Positions 1-14,032 are shown, counted from the first letter of the stretch. The stretch is DNA of 64,000 nt from Lama guanicoe (GCA_013239625.1 MU053504.1:994001-1058000); one strand, 5' to 3'. Numbers and translations: made by a program. The notes: a model not told the origin generated them from the sequence alone.

Positions 1-2
1 TG

Positions 3-362
<360 letters not shown>

Positions 363-959
363 TCACCTCAGGCCGCCTACCAGAAAAGCTAACCATTATT
401 ATTATTGTTATTACAGGCAGTCCAGGGGTGACAGAGATAGACAAGCAATCGGAGAGCTGGCAGAAGCATGGTGCTAGACGTGGAGGTAGATACAGAAGGT
501 CAAGGAAATTGTGCCTGCTCTCAAAGATCTCACCACTAGACTGGGGAAATGAGAAAAATGCAGTGACAAATGAAACAATAATGCAAGTAATGAAGAAGGA
601 ACCCCCTATAAAAGATGTTCCCAGGTCACACTGACACTCATACACACAGTTCAGGCATTGGAGCGAGCTCCACAGAGTAAGGATGGGAACTAATTCATCT
701 CTGGCTGGGAATCAGCATAGCATCAACCCCAAGGAGATGCTCAGGTGCACACGCAGACATTTGTTACAGACAAATGTGGTTTGAGAAGTGTCTTGATAAA
801 CTCTTGCAGGAAAGTCATGGCAGGGGTCATCGAGTTGGTCTGGTCTAGGATTCAGGTCTACCTGATGCCCAAGCCCCTGATCTTTCTATGACAACCCACT
901 GTCTTCGCTGATTTCTCTCTACATCTTCACAAACTCTGAAGCAGAAGACGTGCTCATTC

Positions 960-1200
960 CGCACTGGTGGAGGGGATGGAAGGGTGGGCGGATGGCGGGT
1001 AGCAGAGCAATGAATGGATGATATATGAATGGGAGGTAGAGGGACAGTAGACAGATGAATGGATGGATTGAGGCTTGATAGCTGCGTAGCGGATGGATGG
1101 GTGGACAGGGGCTGGAAAAATGGTGTGGATGAGTAAGCTGGATAGTTGAAAGATGAAAGGATGATGAAGAGAAGGATGAGGGTGGATAAATGGACAGAGG
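960..1200 (+). repeat. Degenerate (GGAT/GAAT)n purine-rich simple repeat
   Basis: Repeated ggatggatg/gaatggatg units. Confidence 0.75.
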
Positions 1201-1819
1201 TTCAGACTTGCTTTTAATTAAAATCTCATGAGGTATAACCTGTAGTTTGGGCAGTAGCCCAGGGTGAAGTGCAATCAAGTACAGTTAGGTACTTAACAGC
1301 TCAGTACTTCTTGTTAAATGACAGCTACTTCACAATATCTAAGCACTGTTGCTCAGTACTTACTATTTGCCAGAGCCTGTGCCAAGCCCTTTACAGGGAT
1401 CATCTTACAAAAGTCCCAAAGTCATTATGATTATACCCATTAGGAGCTAGAGCTTAGAGAGACATGTCTCCAAGGTGCACAGCATGTAACTGGCAGAACC
1501 AGGACTCAGACTCAGGCTGCTGAGAACTCCAAGCTCCTGTCTTAACCTCAGCGGTCAATTTCTGTGATTGACCTTTTTCTTCACAGAAGAGGCTCATAAC
1601 ACCAACTAGGCATCAGGAAATATTTCCCCAGGGAAGGAGACACCTGAACTGAGTCTTAAAGGCCAGGAGCCCAAAGGGCTTTCGGGGCAGAAAGGAGATG
1701 TACAAGCTCTTCCCACATGTGAGAGGGAAGCAGGAAAAAATACAAGACTGTAAAGACAGGCGAGGACAAAATCACGGAGGGTCTTGAATACCATAGATGG
1801 AATAATTAACAGTAATATT

Positions 1820-2055
1820 AGAAGTAATGAATACAGTGAGTCAAGCATTCCACCAAGTACTTTTACTTGTATTAGCTCCTCCATCCTCTCAAATATGTGA
1901 GATTAATTGCCACTGTTACCCTGATTTGAGAACGCTGAGCCTGTGATTTAGTAACTTACTGAAGGTTTTACCACTAATAAGTGGCAAAGTCAAGACTCGA
2001 ACCTGGGTCTCTCTGACTCCAAAGTCCGTGCTCTTAACCACCATGCTGTACTGCC
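1820..2055 (-). mobile_element. MIR SINE
   Basis: gactcgaacctgggtctctctgactccaaagtccgtgctcttaaccaccatgctgtact is the reverse complement of the MIR 5' end. Confidence 0.75.
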
Positions 2056-2994
2056 CTGAGTTTAACTTTATCCATTCCACAAGGGTTTGGACTTCACCCT
2101 GTCCAATGGGATGCTATTGAAGCTTTTAAATAGGGAAACGGCCTGAAAAATGTATATATGAGAAATATCCCCTCTGATGACTATGCAGGTTAGACAGAGG
2201 GCTCTCCCATAAGTCCACCTTGGGAATTTTCCATGTGCCTACCTTTGCCTAGACAGCCCGCTCTCACCTCCCAGATCCCTGAGCCCATTTACTGGATGAG
2301 AGACAAGATAACTGATTCTCTGTGTGACCTTATGAGGCCCTGGCCTCATTGCACCTCAGATTCCGCATGGGATGTGAAAGCGCAGGCTCACAGATGCCTG
2401 GGGATCTCTCCAGCTCTGACACTCTGCTTCCCTTTGATCTTTTCTGGGACTAAGTGGCTAAGTGTGCCACTTTCAGCCACTCATAGCAGCCTCAGGAAAG
2501 TTGACATCTGCATTTTTTTTCACACTATCATGAAGTTGCAAAGGCTCCTCCTCCCAATATAAAAGAGTTATTTTTGGCCACTGTTCAAAGCTTTGTTCTC
2601 CTAGCCGCCCGGTGTCATCGCCAGCTTGTCTCTACAGAATCCTCTTCAAGACACCTTTGCCTTCCAGACCCACTAACTCCAAGGGAAGCTATTTATAAGC
2701 CCCTGACAGTGTTTAATTGCTGATTGCGTCTAGCTGAGGAGTTGTCAACAAGTAGCTTTATACCGGAGATTGGTTCCCAAAATGGCCCGCAGACGTGTCA
2801 ACTGTCACTTGCTTGAGAACTGGGGAAAGTTTGTATTCCATTTAAATGTAGTCTGGGAACTAAAGTTGGGGGTTGGGGGGGGGAGTCGTAAACCAAATGG
2901 TGAACATGGCCTCTGGCTTGTGCCCTGGAGAGAACTTGGGTAGGACCAGCCCTTTCCCTCTTAGTGGAAAGGCAGGTACTAATGAGCGTGGGGA

Positions 2995-3220
2995 CTAGAG
3001 TGTGCTGCTTATGCGTGTGGGCTTTGGAGCCAGACTGCCTGGGTTCAAGCCCCACTCCTTGGCCGATACAACCTTGAGCAAGTCACATAACATCTCTGTG
3101 CCTCAGTTTCCCCACATGGAAAACGTATCACGGGTTTAAGTGAGTCACTGTGCATGACGTCATAAGAACAGCATCAAGAACAAAGTAGTTGCTCAACAAA
3201 ATGTCGTATATTATTATTAT
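2995..3220 (+). mobile_element. MIR SINE
   Basis: ggagccagactgcctgggttcaag...ctctgtgcctcagtttcccc matches the MIR core. Confidence 0.85.
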
Positions 3221-3276
3221 TAGGATTCCAGGGACTGTGAGAGACCCAACTATCCCGAAATAAACATACTGTAAGG

Positions 3277-3452
3277 CTGTGGTCCTCAAATTGTGCTCCC
3301 AGCTTACCAGGCAAACTTGTTAGAAATGCAAATTCTCCAACCCCACCCAGGCCCACTGAACCAGCCTCTCTGGGGGTGGGGACTGTCATAAATCCGGGTT
3401 TTAACAGACCCTCTGGGTGACACTGATGCACAGTGAAGTCTGAGAACCATAA
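3277..3452. mobile_element. MER5A-like hAT-Charlie MITE
   Basis: gtggtcctcaaa...cttgttagaaatgcaaattctc...aagtctgagaacca with terminal inverted repeats. Confidence 0.8.
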
Positions 3453-4556
3453 GCGTCCCTCTTTCCTCCTAAAACACCCCTAGTGAGCCTTCCTTAAAGC
3501 TGGATAAAGATGGCAGCAGTGACTGTGACTCGGGGCAGGTCTGCCCCTTTGCCTGAGCCGCAGTGCCCCCTGTTGTGAAACAGGTGAAAATACAGGGCTG
3601 TTGTGAGGAACCAGTGACATTAGGGAAATGACAAGCCTGACTGGCCATCCCACCTCTGTTTTGTCTTCCCAGAAGATGCCAGGAAAACGTCCCTGGGACG
3701 AAAAGTTGGCCACCACTGATTTAAGTTTGGTTCCCTGGCTTTGCAAACATACATACCTTTGCAGTAAAGAGAAATCCAAATGAGAGGTGAGGTTCTGGGT
3801 GACTCTCAGCCCGTGGCCCCTCCTCTCTAGGTTCCATTTGTAAACCTGGGAGCAGAGGGCCTCCAGACCAAATGACTGGGGGGAGAGGAACGGCTTCAGA
3901 ATGACCAGGACTCAAATCCTAGCTCCAGCTGAGTGACATGGGCGATTTATCACACCTTTTGGAGCCATTGAAAAGGAAAATAATCATCTCCCCTCTTCAA
4001 GGCTGTTGAGACAACTAAATAAAATCTCTTACCCTGGAGACTCTTATTAAACACCTATTATATACAGACTCTGTCCTTGTCCTGCAGATACAGTGGTCAC
4101 CAAGACAGATGTACTCCAGCCCTCGTGAAGCGAACATTTTAAAGAGGGAGACAGACATTCCATATCTAGTTACAAAGTTACTTATCTTATTACCATTGCG
4201 ATAAAAACACGGTGACATAAGAGGGGCCCAGTCTGATGTGTGGGGCTAAGGGTAGGTGAGAAAGTAATATTTGGTTTGAGAGCAGGTCTGAACTCAGTGG
4301 GCAAAACTTCAGCAAAACTGCAGAATCTTGAAGGCCACCTTGAGAATTTTCAGCAATAAGAAGAAACAGAGACCTTTCAGCAGGGACATGAAGTGATCAA
4401 ATCTGAATGACAGACCTGTTTTCTATCTTGATGACAGTGTTGGTTATCTGATTCTGAGTGTTTGTCCAGATTCACAGAATTGCATTGTTTTTTAGTGTTC
4501 AGTGAATTCTACTCATATTGTTTATGAATAATGCTTTTTAAAAAAACAACAGATTT

Positions 4557-5170
4557 AAAGGGCAGAAGACCTAAATATGACATTTCTCCAAAGAAGACAT
4601 CCAGATGGCTAACAGGCACATGAAAAGATGCTCAATATTGCTAATTATTGGAGAAATAGAAATCAAAACTACAACGAGGTATCACCTCCCAACAGTCAGA
4701 ATGGGCATTACAAATAATAAATGCTGGAGAGGATGTGGAGAAAAAGGGACCCTCCTACACTGTTGGTGGGAATGTAAATTGGTACAGCTACTATAGAGAA
4801 CAGTATGGAGGTTCCTTAAAAAACTAAAAGTGGACTTACCACCTGATTCAGCAATCCCACTCCTGCGAATACACCCAGAGAAAACTGTAATTTGAAAAGA
4901 CATGCACCCAATGTTTATAGCGGCACTATTTACAACAGCCAAGATATGGAAACAACCTAAATGTCCATCAACAGATGACTGGATAAAGAAGATGTGGTGT
5001 ATTTATATAATGGAATATTACTTAGCCATAAAAAGAATGAAATAATGCCATTTGCAGCAACATGGATGGATTTACAGATGATCATTTTGAGTGAAGTAAG
5101 TCAGACAGAGAAAAGAGTAAGACAGATATGATATGATATCACTTATATGTGGAATCTAAAAAAATGATAT
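4557..5170 (+). mobile_element. L1 fragment (ORF2 C-terminus and start of 3'UTR) with apparent TSD
   Basis: ORF 4605 [34 protein letters not shown] is the L1 ORF2 Cys-rich end. Flanked by caacagattt at 4547-4556 and 5181-5190. Confidence 0.92.
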
Positions 5171-5759
5171 AAAAAAACCCCAACAGATTTGCTACAGAGA
5201 GAGAATAGATTGGGTTGGAGAACAATTAGAAGGTCTTTACAGGTGAGAAATAAGAGATGACTGTGCCTATGCTGGTGAGTGGTGGTGAGAATAGGGAAGG
5301 GGGTGGATTCAAGAGCTAGTTAGGAGGGAAGTATATACACAAAATACCACACAGCATGAGGCTGGCATCTTGTAGGCTCACTCTCAAAGCTCTCTCATAT
5401 CATCTATATGAGCCTTAAGTACACATAGACAACTTTCAAGTGTGTATCTGCAGTTCCTGCCAATTAGAGCACGCTATGGCCTTGTAGGTTCATAAGAGAA
5501 AGGAACCAAGGACAGAGATGAGTGGGCAAAGGCATCTTTGGAGACCCAGTGGAACAGAAATTTACATATGATCTCATCTACATGTGGAATCTAAATGGTG
5601 ATCATTTCACAATACACACAAGTAATGAATGTTGTGTACCTGATGTACAACATAATGTTGTATGTCAATAATTAAATAGTTATTTTTAGAAGAAAACACT
5701 TAGGGTGTGAACAGGGTCTTGAGTGATGGCTGCAGAGGGACAACCGGCTGCTGTCCATA

Positions 5760-8700
5760 AGGAGACCAATAACAGTGAACTGTAACATCATGGTAAGCAA
5801 ATTCATTGACACAGATGAACTTAATAGAGACTCCAGATTTAATGTGTTATCTCACACCCCTGGAGATGTCTCTGACTGCTTACTTGGTGATCAACTAAAA
5901 CTTGAACCCAATGGTGAGTTTAATTTAATGAGTTTGGGATGCTGGAGCCTGGATTTATATGCCTGGAATTAGACAGAGGAGATAATTCAAAGGCATAGGG
6001 ACATCAAAAGGCTTGATTGGATTTGTGATGTGCAATCTTCACACCCACCCACCAACTCTGTTCCCCAAGAAGACCCAGAAGACACTGCCTTGACCAAGGC
6101 ATCAAGTGGGGATACTTGTGTCCCTGAAAGCTCGGTGGTTGCTCTCTTTGAATGATAGGTTCAACTACAGGGAAAGTCACCGTTGATATGGGTTCCTGAT
6201 TTCAGTGAAAATGATGGGATCCTGAAGTAGCAGAAGACAAATGGCAGCACTTGACTTTCAGACCAGGTGGGCACATGTATATAAAAGGCAATAGGGATGT
6301 CCCAGTAATTAGAATGTCTTAGTCCACAGAGGTCTTTGATAATGGCTAATTGATCACAGAGTCCTGGGAACAAAATAGATGGGCACTCTATTGGAGAACT
6401 GCTTGATTTCTGTAACAGGAAAAATTTTAGATCTGGTAGCCAAAAATCTGACAGTCTCCACAGCGAAGAGTCATGGCTTTACCCAGTTTCAAAGTCTAAG
6501 TCAATTCACACATGAAGAGCCCTTTGATTGTAGTGGAGGTGGGTTATTCTTGAAGAATAGCTCTATACCATTGTCTCAAGTACACACAGTAAATCTTCCT
6601 CTAAGAATTTCTGTAGCCACTTGCTAGAGTGACTGTGTTAAGAGGAAAAAAGAAATGTTCAGAGATTACTGTCCACTGGCTCTGAACTGACGCTAATTCC
6701 TGGGGACCCAAAATGCCCCTGCGGCCCAAAGTGGGTATTGTAGTGTCAGGTGATGGAGTCTCAGCTCAAGTCAGACTCATGGCAGACCCAGTCTGTCCCC
6801 AAATCCCCACCATGGGTTATGTTCTCAGTTTCTAAATTTGCCATTTAAATAGATATACTTGACAACTTGCAGAGTCCCCACACTGGCCCTTTGAGCAATG
6901 GGATGAGGACCATTATGGTAGGAAAGACGGAGTGGGAGCCCTTGGAACGTCCCCTCTTACTGCAGTGGTAAACCTGAAGCAATACCACATCACTGGGGAA
7001 ACGACAAAGATTAATGCCTCTGAAGTCTTGGAAAATAGTAGGAATATTATATCTCCCACTTAACTCTCCAGTTTCACCCATGCAGAAGTCAGATGGCTCT
7101 TGAAAAATGAGTGTGAACGATTATAAACTTAATCAGGTGGTGATTTCCATTGAAGTTGCTGTTCCAGAAGCAGTATCTTTACTGGAACAAACCAGTGTGG
7201 CCCTTGGCACTTAGTAAGAAGCTACTAAATTGCCTAATACCTCCCCCTACCCCACACCAATTTATAAGAGCAATCAGAAGCAGCTTGCTTTTACCTAGCC
7301 AGGACAACAATCTAAACGCCCAGTCATGCCTCAAGAATACATCAGTTCTCCTGTTCTCTGCCATAATATAATCCACAGAGATCCTGACTGTCTTTGACTT
7401 TGCACAAAACATCACATTGGGCTATTACATTGATGAGATTTTGCTCACAAGAGCTAATGAGCAGAAAGTAGTAAGTAACTTTAGATGCCTTAGGAAGACA
7501 TATATGAGTAAAGGATAGAAGACATATGTGAATAAAGTGTTGGGGAGTCAACGGTCTGAAGCATGTCAAGATATCTCCTCTAAGGTGAAAAGCAGGTGGC
7601 TCTACCTTGCACCATCTGCAATGAAAACGGATACAATATTTAGTAGGACTTTTTTGGATTTGGGAGGCACACCACATTTAAGTGTGAAATCTGACCCACC
7701 TCAGCGTTATCTGTAAGTCAGTTTCAAGAGAAAACCAGTCAAGAGAAGGTTCTACAGCAAGTCTGGGCTCCAATGCAAGCCACTCTCCCACTTTGGCTTT
7801 ATGATCTAGCATACCCAATGATGTTTGAAATGTCTGTGGCTAATAGAGATGCTCTGCAGAGCCTCTGCAAAGCACCAATAGGAGAACTGCAGCTCAGACC
7901 CTTAGGATTTTGGAGCAAATCTACCACCTCTTCCACAAATAACTATTCTCCTTTTTAGAAACAGCTTCTGACTTGCCACTCAGCCTTAGGAGAGACTAAA
8001 CACCTAATCGTGGAACATGTGGCCTGAGCTTCTCATCACAACTTGGGTGTCGTCTGACCCATCTAAACATAAGACTGTGCATGTACAATCCAAATCTACC
8101 ATGAAATGGAGATGGTGTATAAGAGGCCAAGCCTGGACAGGCTCTGGGCAGGTCCAGAAAGCACAAGGAGGGTGCATGGGAAGATGACTCCGACTCCTCA
8201 GATATCAACTCCTTTCAAATCACCTCCCCTCCCCTCTCTTAATCAGTGCCTTTGGCTTCCCAGGGTGTTCCTTAGAACCAGTTGACTAAGGAAGAAAAAA
8301 CTCATATCTGTTTTACAGGTGAGTATGCAAATTTCTGGTACCACCTGAACACGGCGAACTGCAGCACTGCAGCCCTACTCCTGGGTTATCCTGAAGGGCA
8401 ACAGTAAAGTCAAGTCTTCCCAGCAGGCAACTTCAAGAAGTACATCAGGTTGTCCACTATGTTAGAGTGAGAGGAGGCCAGAGGGTTCTCTAGTAACCCA
8501 TGGGCAGTTGCTAATGGTTTGGCTATATGGTCATGAACTTGGAAAGAACATAATTGGAAGACTGGTAACAAAGAAGTCTGTAGAAGATGCATATGAATGG
8601 CCCCCTCAGAATGGACACACACTAGGAGGATATTTGTGCCCATATGAATGCCTCCACAGAGGGCATCCACTGCAGAGGACGGTCTTCATAATCAGGTAGA

Positions 8701-10228
8701 CTGAATGATGCACTCAGCAAATGTCAGCCACCCCAGTGCATACTTAATAGGTCCCTTAACAAAGTTGCCATGGTGACAGAAATGAAGGCTATGCATGGAA
8801 TCAACAACATGAATTTCCTTGCAAGGTCAACTTGGCTAAAGCTATTGATGAGTGCCTAATCTGTCAAGAGACGAGATCAACACTGAGCTCCCAAAAGACA
8901 CTATTCCCTGGGGAAACTAGGCAAACACCTGGTAGCAGGCTGACTACATTTGATCTCTTCCATCTTGGAGAGGGCAGAGATTCATCCTCCCTGGAAAAGA
9001 CACATATTCTGGATACAGATTTGCCCTCTCTGCCCATAATGCATCCGTCAGAACCATCATCTGTGGACTCACTGAATGCTTTATCTACCATCTTAGCATT
9101 CCCTGTAGTATTAATTCTGATCAAGGACCTAATTTCATAGCAAAGAAAGTACAGAAATGGAATCATGCCCATGGAATTAATTGTTCTTGCCAAACACCCC
9201 ATTATCTAGAAGTGGCTGGACTAATTGGAAGGTGGAATAGCTGACTGAAGACTCAGTTACTGCACCAGTTGTGAGATAACATCTTGAAAGGACTGCGTTC
9301 TGTCTTGTAGGATACTATATGTACTTTGAATCAGAGACCACTGATTTTGGTTATGAGAAACCCTATCCAGACTAAATCCATAGGTCTAGAAATAAAAGGA
9401 TAGAAGTAGAAGTGTCTCCTCTCACTATTATATCCAATAGCCTATTTTCCATCTCAAGAACCTTGAAGTCTGCTAGTTTGGAGGTCTTAGTCTCCAAGGT
9501 GGGAATACTTCAACCAGAGGACACAAGAATGGTTCGACTGAATTGGAAGATGAGACTGTCACATGGCCACTGAAGCACTCAGCAGAAAAGGGGTTATTTA
9601 CAGGATGGAATAACTGATCTGGATTACCAAGAGGAAATTCGATTGCTGCTAACAAATGGGGACAAGAAGAACTATGCCTGGAATGCAGTGGGTTTTCTGG
9701 GTCATCTCTGAGTGTGCCCATGCCCTATAGTCAATGTTAAGGTAAAACTATAGCAAATGAACAAATGAAAAAGTAGAAGAATCAGGGACTCAGACCCTTC
9801 GAGAAGGATGGTTTGGGTCACTCCATCAAGTAAAGAATCTTAAGTAGCTGAGGCTTTGTCTGAGAGAGAGGAAGGTACAGAATGGGTAGTGAATAAGGGA
9901 GCCACAGACATCAGCTATGAGCTCATGACCAATTACGGAGTCAATGAATGTAGCAGCTTTGTGTATATTCTCTTTGCTTGTTATATGTATGGGCCTGTTT
10001 TTATATGCCACTTTCTTCTTCTTATTTTTGTTTCATACACATTTTTTAACCTTAATTTTACAATTTGGTCTTTAGGTAACAGACTCTTCAGGGGGCTTGT
10101 GACAGAGCCAAAAAGCAGTGAACACAAGTAGCAATGGACACAATGACCGTGGGGATGGTGCTTCTCCTTTTTTGGGGAGGGTGAGGACTTCACTTGTAAT
10201 AGGGACGACCACATCTTATTAGATGGAA
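5760..10228 (+). mobile_element. Decayed ERV-L (class III) internal region: gag-pro-pol-dUTPase remnants
   Basis: Protease LLSTGSELTLIPGDPK at 6666-6713 (DTG to STG). RT QNITLGYYIDEILL (YIDE at 7426-7437). Pol segment QATLPL..APIGELQLRPLGFWSK..NYSPF (7773-7958). Integrase ECLICQ near 8850. dUTPase-like DYQEEIRLLL near 9620. Many stops and frameshifts. Confidence 0.88.
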
Positions 10229-10478
10229 AGCTGAATCCCACTGGGGATTTCTTGGAGACCGTGCAGAACCCACACCCCAGGGCTGTCCCCACAAGGGTCA
10301 AGGGAGACAGGCTGAAAGCTGCTGCGGAGGGGATTGTTAAAGCTCCAGCACTCCCAGCCTGCCAGCCCGACAGCAGCAGGAACCCCCTGGGCCAAGACCT
10401 GCAGGTGCCAGCTGTCGGAAGTCACTGAGGTGGGGAGGGCAAAAGGATATGGGTGAGGCCTTGAAAGTGTCTGCTACA
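10229..10478 (-). mobile_element. Partial ERVL-class LTR (LTR33-like)
   Basis: gctgaatcccactgggg...ggatatgggtgaggcc...gtgtctgctaca matches the recalled LTR33 reverse complement. The minus strand begins TGTAGCAGA. Confidence 0.7.
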
Positions 10479-12319
10479 CCAAAGTTTCCTTCTCTACAAA
10501 ATGGGGATAAGAATTCTCACCTTACAGGGCTGCCACCTTGCTGCTGAGTAGCTATGAAAATGAAAGGAGATGCTATAGACAAAGCACCTGCCACGCAGTA
10601 GGCCCTCAGCATGAGTCCATTCCCTTTTCTTTCATTTTAATAATTGTTTCACCATATCAAGGACTTACTCGGTGCCGGGCACTATATACCCAGTGTTCCC
10701 CACACCTGCGATATACGTACTAATCACCTTATACAGAAGAGGAAACAAAGGCTCAGTAGGGCTTAAGTCGCTTTGTCCACAACCCCAAGCATGTAAGCAC
10801 CGTGTCTGCCTGACTCCTGAGCCCTTGCTCTTAATCTCTGCATTGTCCGGAGTGGCCAGTGGCTGATTCTGACATGCTGCCCATCTGTGCTCATGTCAGA
10901 GCTCGGGTGCCACATGCCTCAGTCAGCATCTTCCCTTGTCAGACATCACCCAGATTAGTTTTGGGAGAAGCTGCTGCCAGGAACTGGCATGTCTTCTACT
11001 GCTTCTCTTCCTTCTTAATTGGTGGCCCACCAAGACAGCTCAGGTGGGTGGGAGGAAGTCTTCTTTCTCCCTGCCTCAGGCTCTGGCCTCTGCAGCCCAC
11101 ACATGTCCCAGAAGCGTTGTGAAGCATCACTTTCTGAGCACCTCCTGGGGGGGAATTCATTTTGAATCGAGGCCCCAAGGCTTGCAGAGACAAGCAATGT
11201 GGCAAGGCTCTTGTTCTGTCGAACTAGCTCATTCGAGCACAGAAGAAATGGACACACTGCCCACTTTCTGTCTCTCTGCCTTGGGACACCCAAGCTCCAG
11301 CTGCTCGCCTTTTCCTCATCCGATTCTTAGTCTGGTGGGGACAGACTGAGCATGTGCTTAGGGTACCAGCAAAGCAGGGCACCAAAAGTGACAGCAGGTA
11401 AGTGCGAAGCAATGTGGTAAGCAGGAAAAGTGATTCCTGTATTTAGGGTGTGTTTCTGACATCACAGGTCGACTCACTGAACTCCATTTGGGCAGGCTTT
11501 CCTGCAGGCTAGACGCTGGCAAACCCAAGTCTACAGATTGGTCCTTGAGACACCTCTCTTCCAAAAACGGATGCACTATTCAGAAGGCAGAAGTGAGGTG
11601 GAGAATGTATTTCCGCTCTTTGCACTGGCAAGCATCTGCTGAGAGCATTTGTTTTTTCCTGCAGCAGTGAAAGTAGAGATCCAGTGACTAAGTGCCTTGC
11701 TCTGTATTACTGAGAGGAAGGTCATGGACATCCGTTTTCTTGCCATCAATCAAGGGAGAGGCAGTGTGGTCCTGGGACCAACAGTGGCAGCGCAGTTTCC
11801 TGATCTGTGCACCTCAGCTGAGGCAATGTTGTCCTGGAGCCAGCAGTCAGGACAGGGACTTCCTGAAGCTCCAGCTTCCTGATCATAGAGGATTTAGAAG
11901 CTCCCTTGGTGCACCAACCTTGTAGATATATCCTGGGAGACACTGCTGGAAGCTCTACCTAGAACCTGCTCCCCCAGCACATCTGACAATCCTGCAAGCA
12001 CCCAATATCCCCTGTATGAAGTCTCTTTTGGCTTGACCTGGTCTAAGTGTTTCCATTATATGCAGCAGAACCTGACTAATACAGGGTGCTTCTGATGTCC
12101 CAAGACCCGTGCGGAGTTCTTTACATTTAATCTTCACAATGGCCTTCTGAGTTCAGTATAGTCAGGTACGTGGTGGCAAGCAACAGAACTGATCTTGACT
12201 AATTTCTGCAGAAAATGAACTTACTGGAAAGATATTTGTTAACCCAGTGAATCACTGGGAGAGGGAAGCCTAGGGAACTAAGCTTAGAAATTCCACAACT
12301 AAGAACACAGTCTGAAAGC

Positions 12320-12413
12320 GGGGGAGGGTATAGTTCAGTAGTAGACTGAATGCTTAGCATGCACGATATCCTGGGTTCAATCCCCAGTACCTCCATTAAA
12401 GTAAATAAATAAA
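12320..12413 (+). mobile_element. tRNA-Ala-derived SINE (camelid Vic-1-like)
   Basis: GGGGAGGGTATAGTTCAGTAGTAGA...TTAGCATGCAC...GGGTTCAATCCCCAGTACCTCCA plus an (aaat)n tail. A and B boxes present. Confidence 0.9.
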
Positions 12414-13089
12414 TCCACTCTGGCACAACCATGTCTCATGCAAATTTGTCCCAAATTACATGTGACATACTAAATAAATTTTTAATCCCATTTTACAGGT
12501 AAGTAAGTAGAGGTTCAGATAAGTTAAATAAGTGCCCTAGGTCACAAGTCTGTGTGACAGTAGAGCTCCTATTCACTTCCTCTCATCCTTGACATCCTGC
12601 CCTGCTCACCCCCATCCCTCATTTGCAAAGCAGACAGGGAAGAAGGAGCAGGAGTGGGCAGAGACCAGCAGGAAGGGCGAGAGGTCTGGAGCCAGGCAGT
12701 GCTTCAAGCACAGACTATCCTTGGAATGTTGGAAAGTTCTGTTAGAAAGTCCTTCTGAGCCTGGGGCATATTCTTCTAAAGAACTTTCTTCATTGGAAAA
12801 ATCCTGTGCTTTGAGGATGGAATTGAACAAGCGGGAACAGCCAAAGGTCACTGGGTACCACAGCTGCAGAATCAGGAAGGACATCAAGCTAGGGGATACC
12901 ACTGGAGATTGGGAGCCAGCCACAGCTCACACAGAGACAAGCCTAAAAGGGCAGTCAGTGCTGGGAGGGCCGTGGTGGCTTCGATGGAGGAACCCAGAGG
13001 ATCAGTGGTCCAAAGTCACTCATTAGTTATCCAACCTTGAGGCAGTCACTTCCCGTCTCTGAGACTCAGTCTTCTCAACCCTCTGCTGA

Positions 13090-13435
13090 GAGGCAGAAAA
13101 TTATAGTGGTTAGGAATGCTGGCTTTCCAATCAGACAGTTGAGTCCTCCTGCATGATTTGGGGCAGGTTCTCCAATTTCTCTGTGCCTTTTTCCATATCC
13201 ATAGAGTGTTTTTGTTTTTTTTAATGGAGGTGCTGGGGATTGAACCTAGGACCTCCTGCATGCTAAGCAGACGCTCTACCACTGAGCTATATGCACCCCC
13301 CCCTACCAGTATCCATAAAATGAAGCTAAGAGGCTGTGAAGCAGGGCCATCAGAACGATTAAATGAATTGGCATAGGAAAAGGATTTTGAACTGCAGTAG
13401 GCATATAGCAAGCACTCGAGAGATGTTAGCTACTG
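13090..13435 (+). mobile_element. MIR SINE interrupted by a younger SINE
   Basis: atagtggttaggaatgctggc...ctctgtgcc / ...ataaaatg...gattaaatgaa...tgttagctact. Confidence 0.7.
13209..13303 (-). mobile_element. tRNA-Ala-derived SINE (Vic-1-like)
   Basis: Reverse complement of the same head with a poly-T tail. Flanking tatccata at 13196-13203 and 13310-13317. Confidence 0.9.
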
Positions 13436-13533
13436 TTTTTCTTACCTTGGAGGGAAGTATGAGGATTAAAGGAGACAGCCTGCGTGAAAGGTTTCACAGA
13501 TTATTTGGCTTATTAGCTCAGCTCAGAAAACAG

Positions 13534-14032
13534 TGGTTTTCTGGTTACCTAATACTGCCTAATAAACTATTCTAAAACATAGTGACTTAAAATGACAGCC
13601 CATTACTTTGCTCACAGATCTGCAATTTGGGAAGGGATGAGCAGATTTGGCTCATCTCTGCTCACTGAAGCATAGGGCTGGAGGACTCATTTCGAGATGG
13701 CTCACTCCCATGGGTAGCAGGTTGGTGCTAGCTGATGGCTAAGAGTTCAGCTGGGCCTCTGGGCCAGTAGCCTACATTATCTCTACCTGGGCCTCTCCAC
13801 AGGGCTGCCTGGGCTTCCTCACAGCATGGCAGCTAAGACACGTGAAAAGACTGAATGTGGAGCTTCCAGTCTCTTAAGGTCTCTGCCTGCAAATGGGCAC
13901 AATTTCACTTCCACAATGTTCTCTCAGTCAAGCAATCGCGGAACCTGCCCAGACTCCAGGGGAGGCACATAGATCCCTCCTCTGGAATGCAAAGACTGTC
14001 AGAGGATTTGCAACCATCTTCAATCCACTACA
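13534..14032 (-). mobile_element. MaLR MLT1-type solo LTR
   Basis: taataaactattctaaaacatagtgacttaaaa...ctcacagatctgcaatttggg...gggcttcctcacagcatggc...ccactaca. Confidence 0.8.

Noticed and set aside
7773..7958. Domesticated retroviral gene
   Set aside because: Only short open fragments remain, with mutated catalytic motifs and many stops.
12320..12413. tRNA-Ala gene (also the copies at 13209, 16629 and 36310)
   Set aside because: Extra 5' bases, A-rich tails, TSDs on some copies, stem mismatches and variable anticodons indicate SINE copies.
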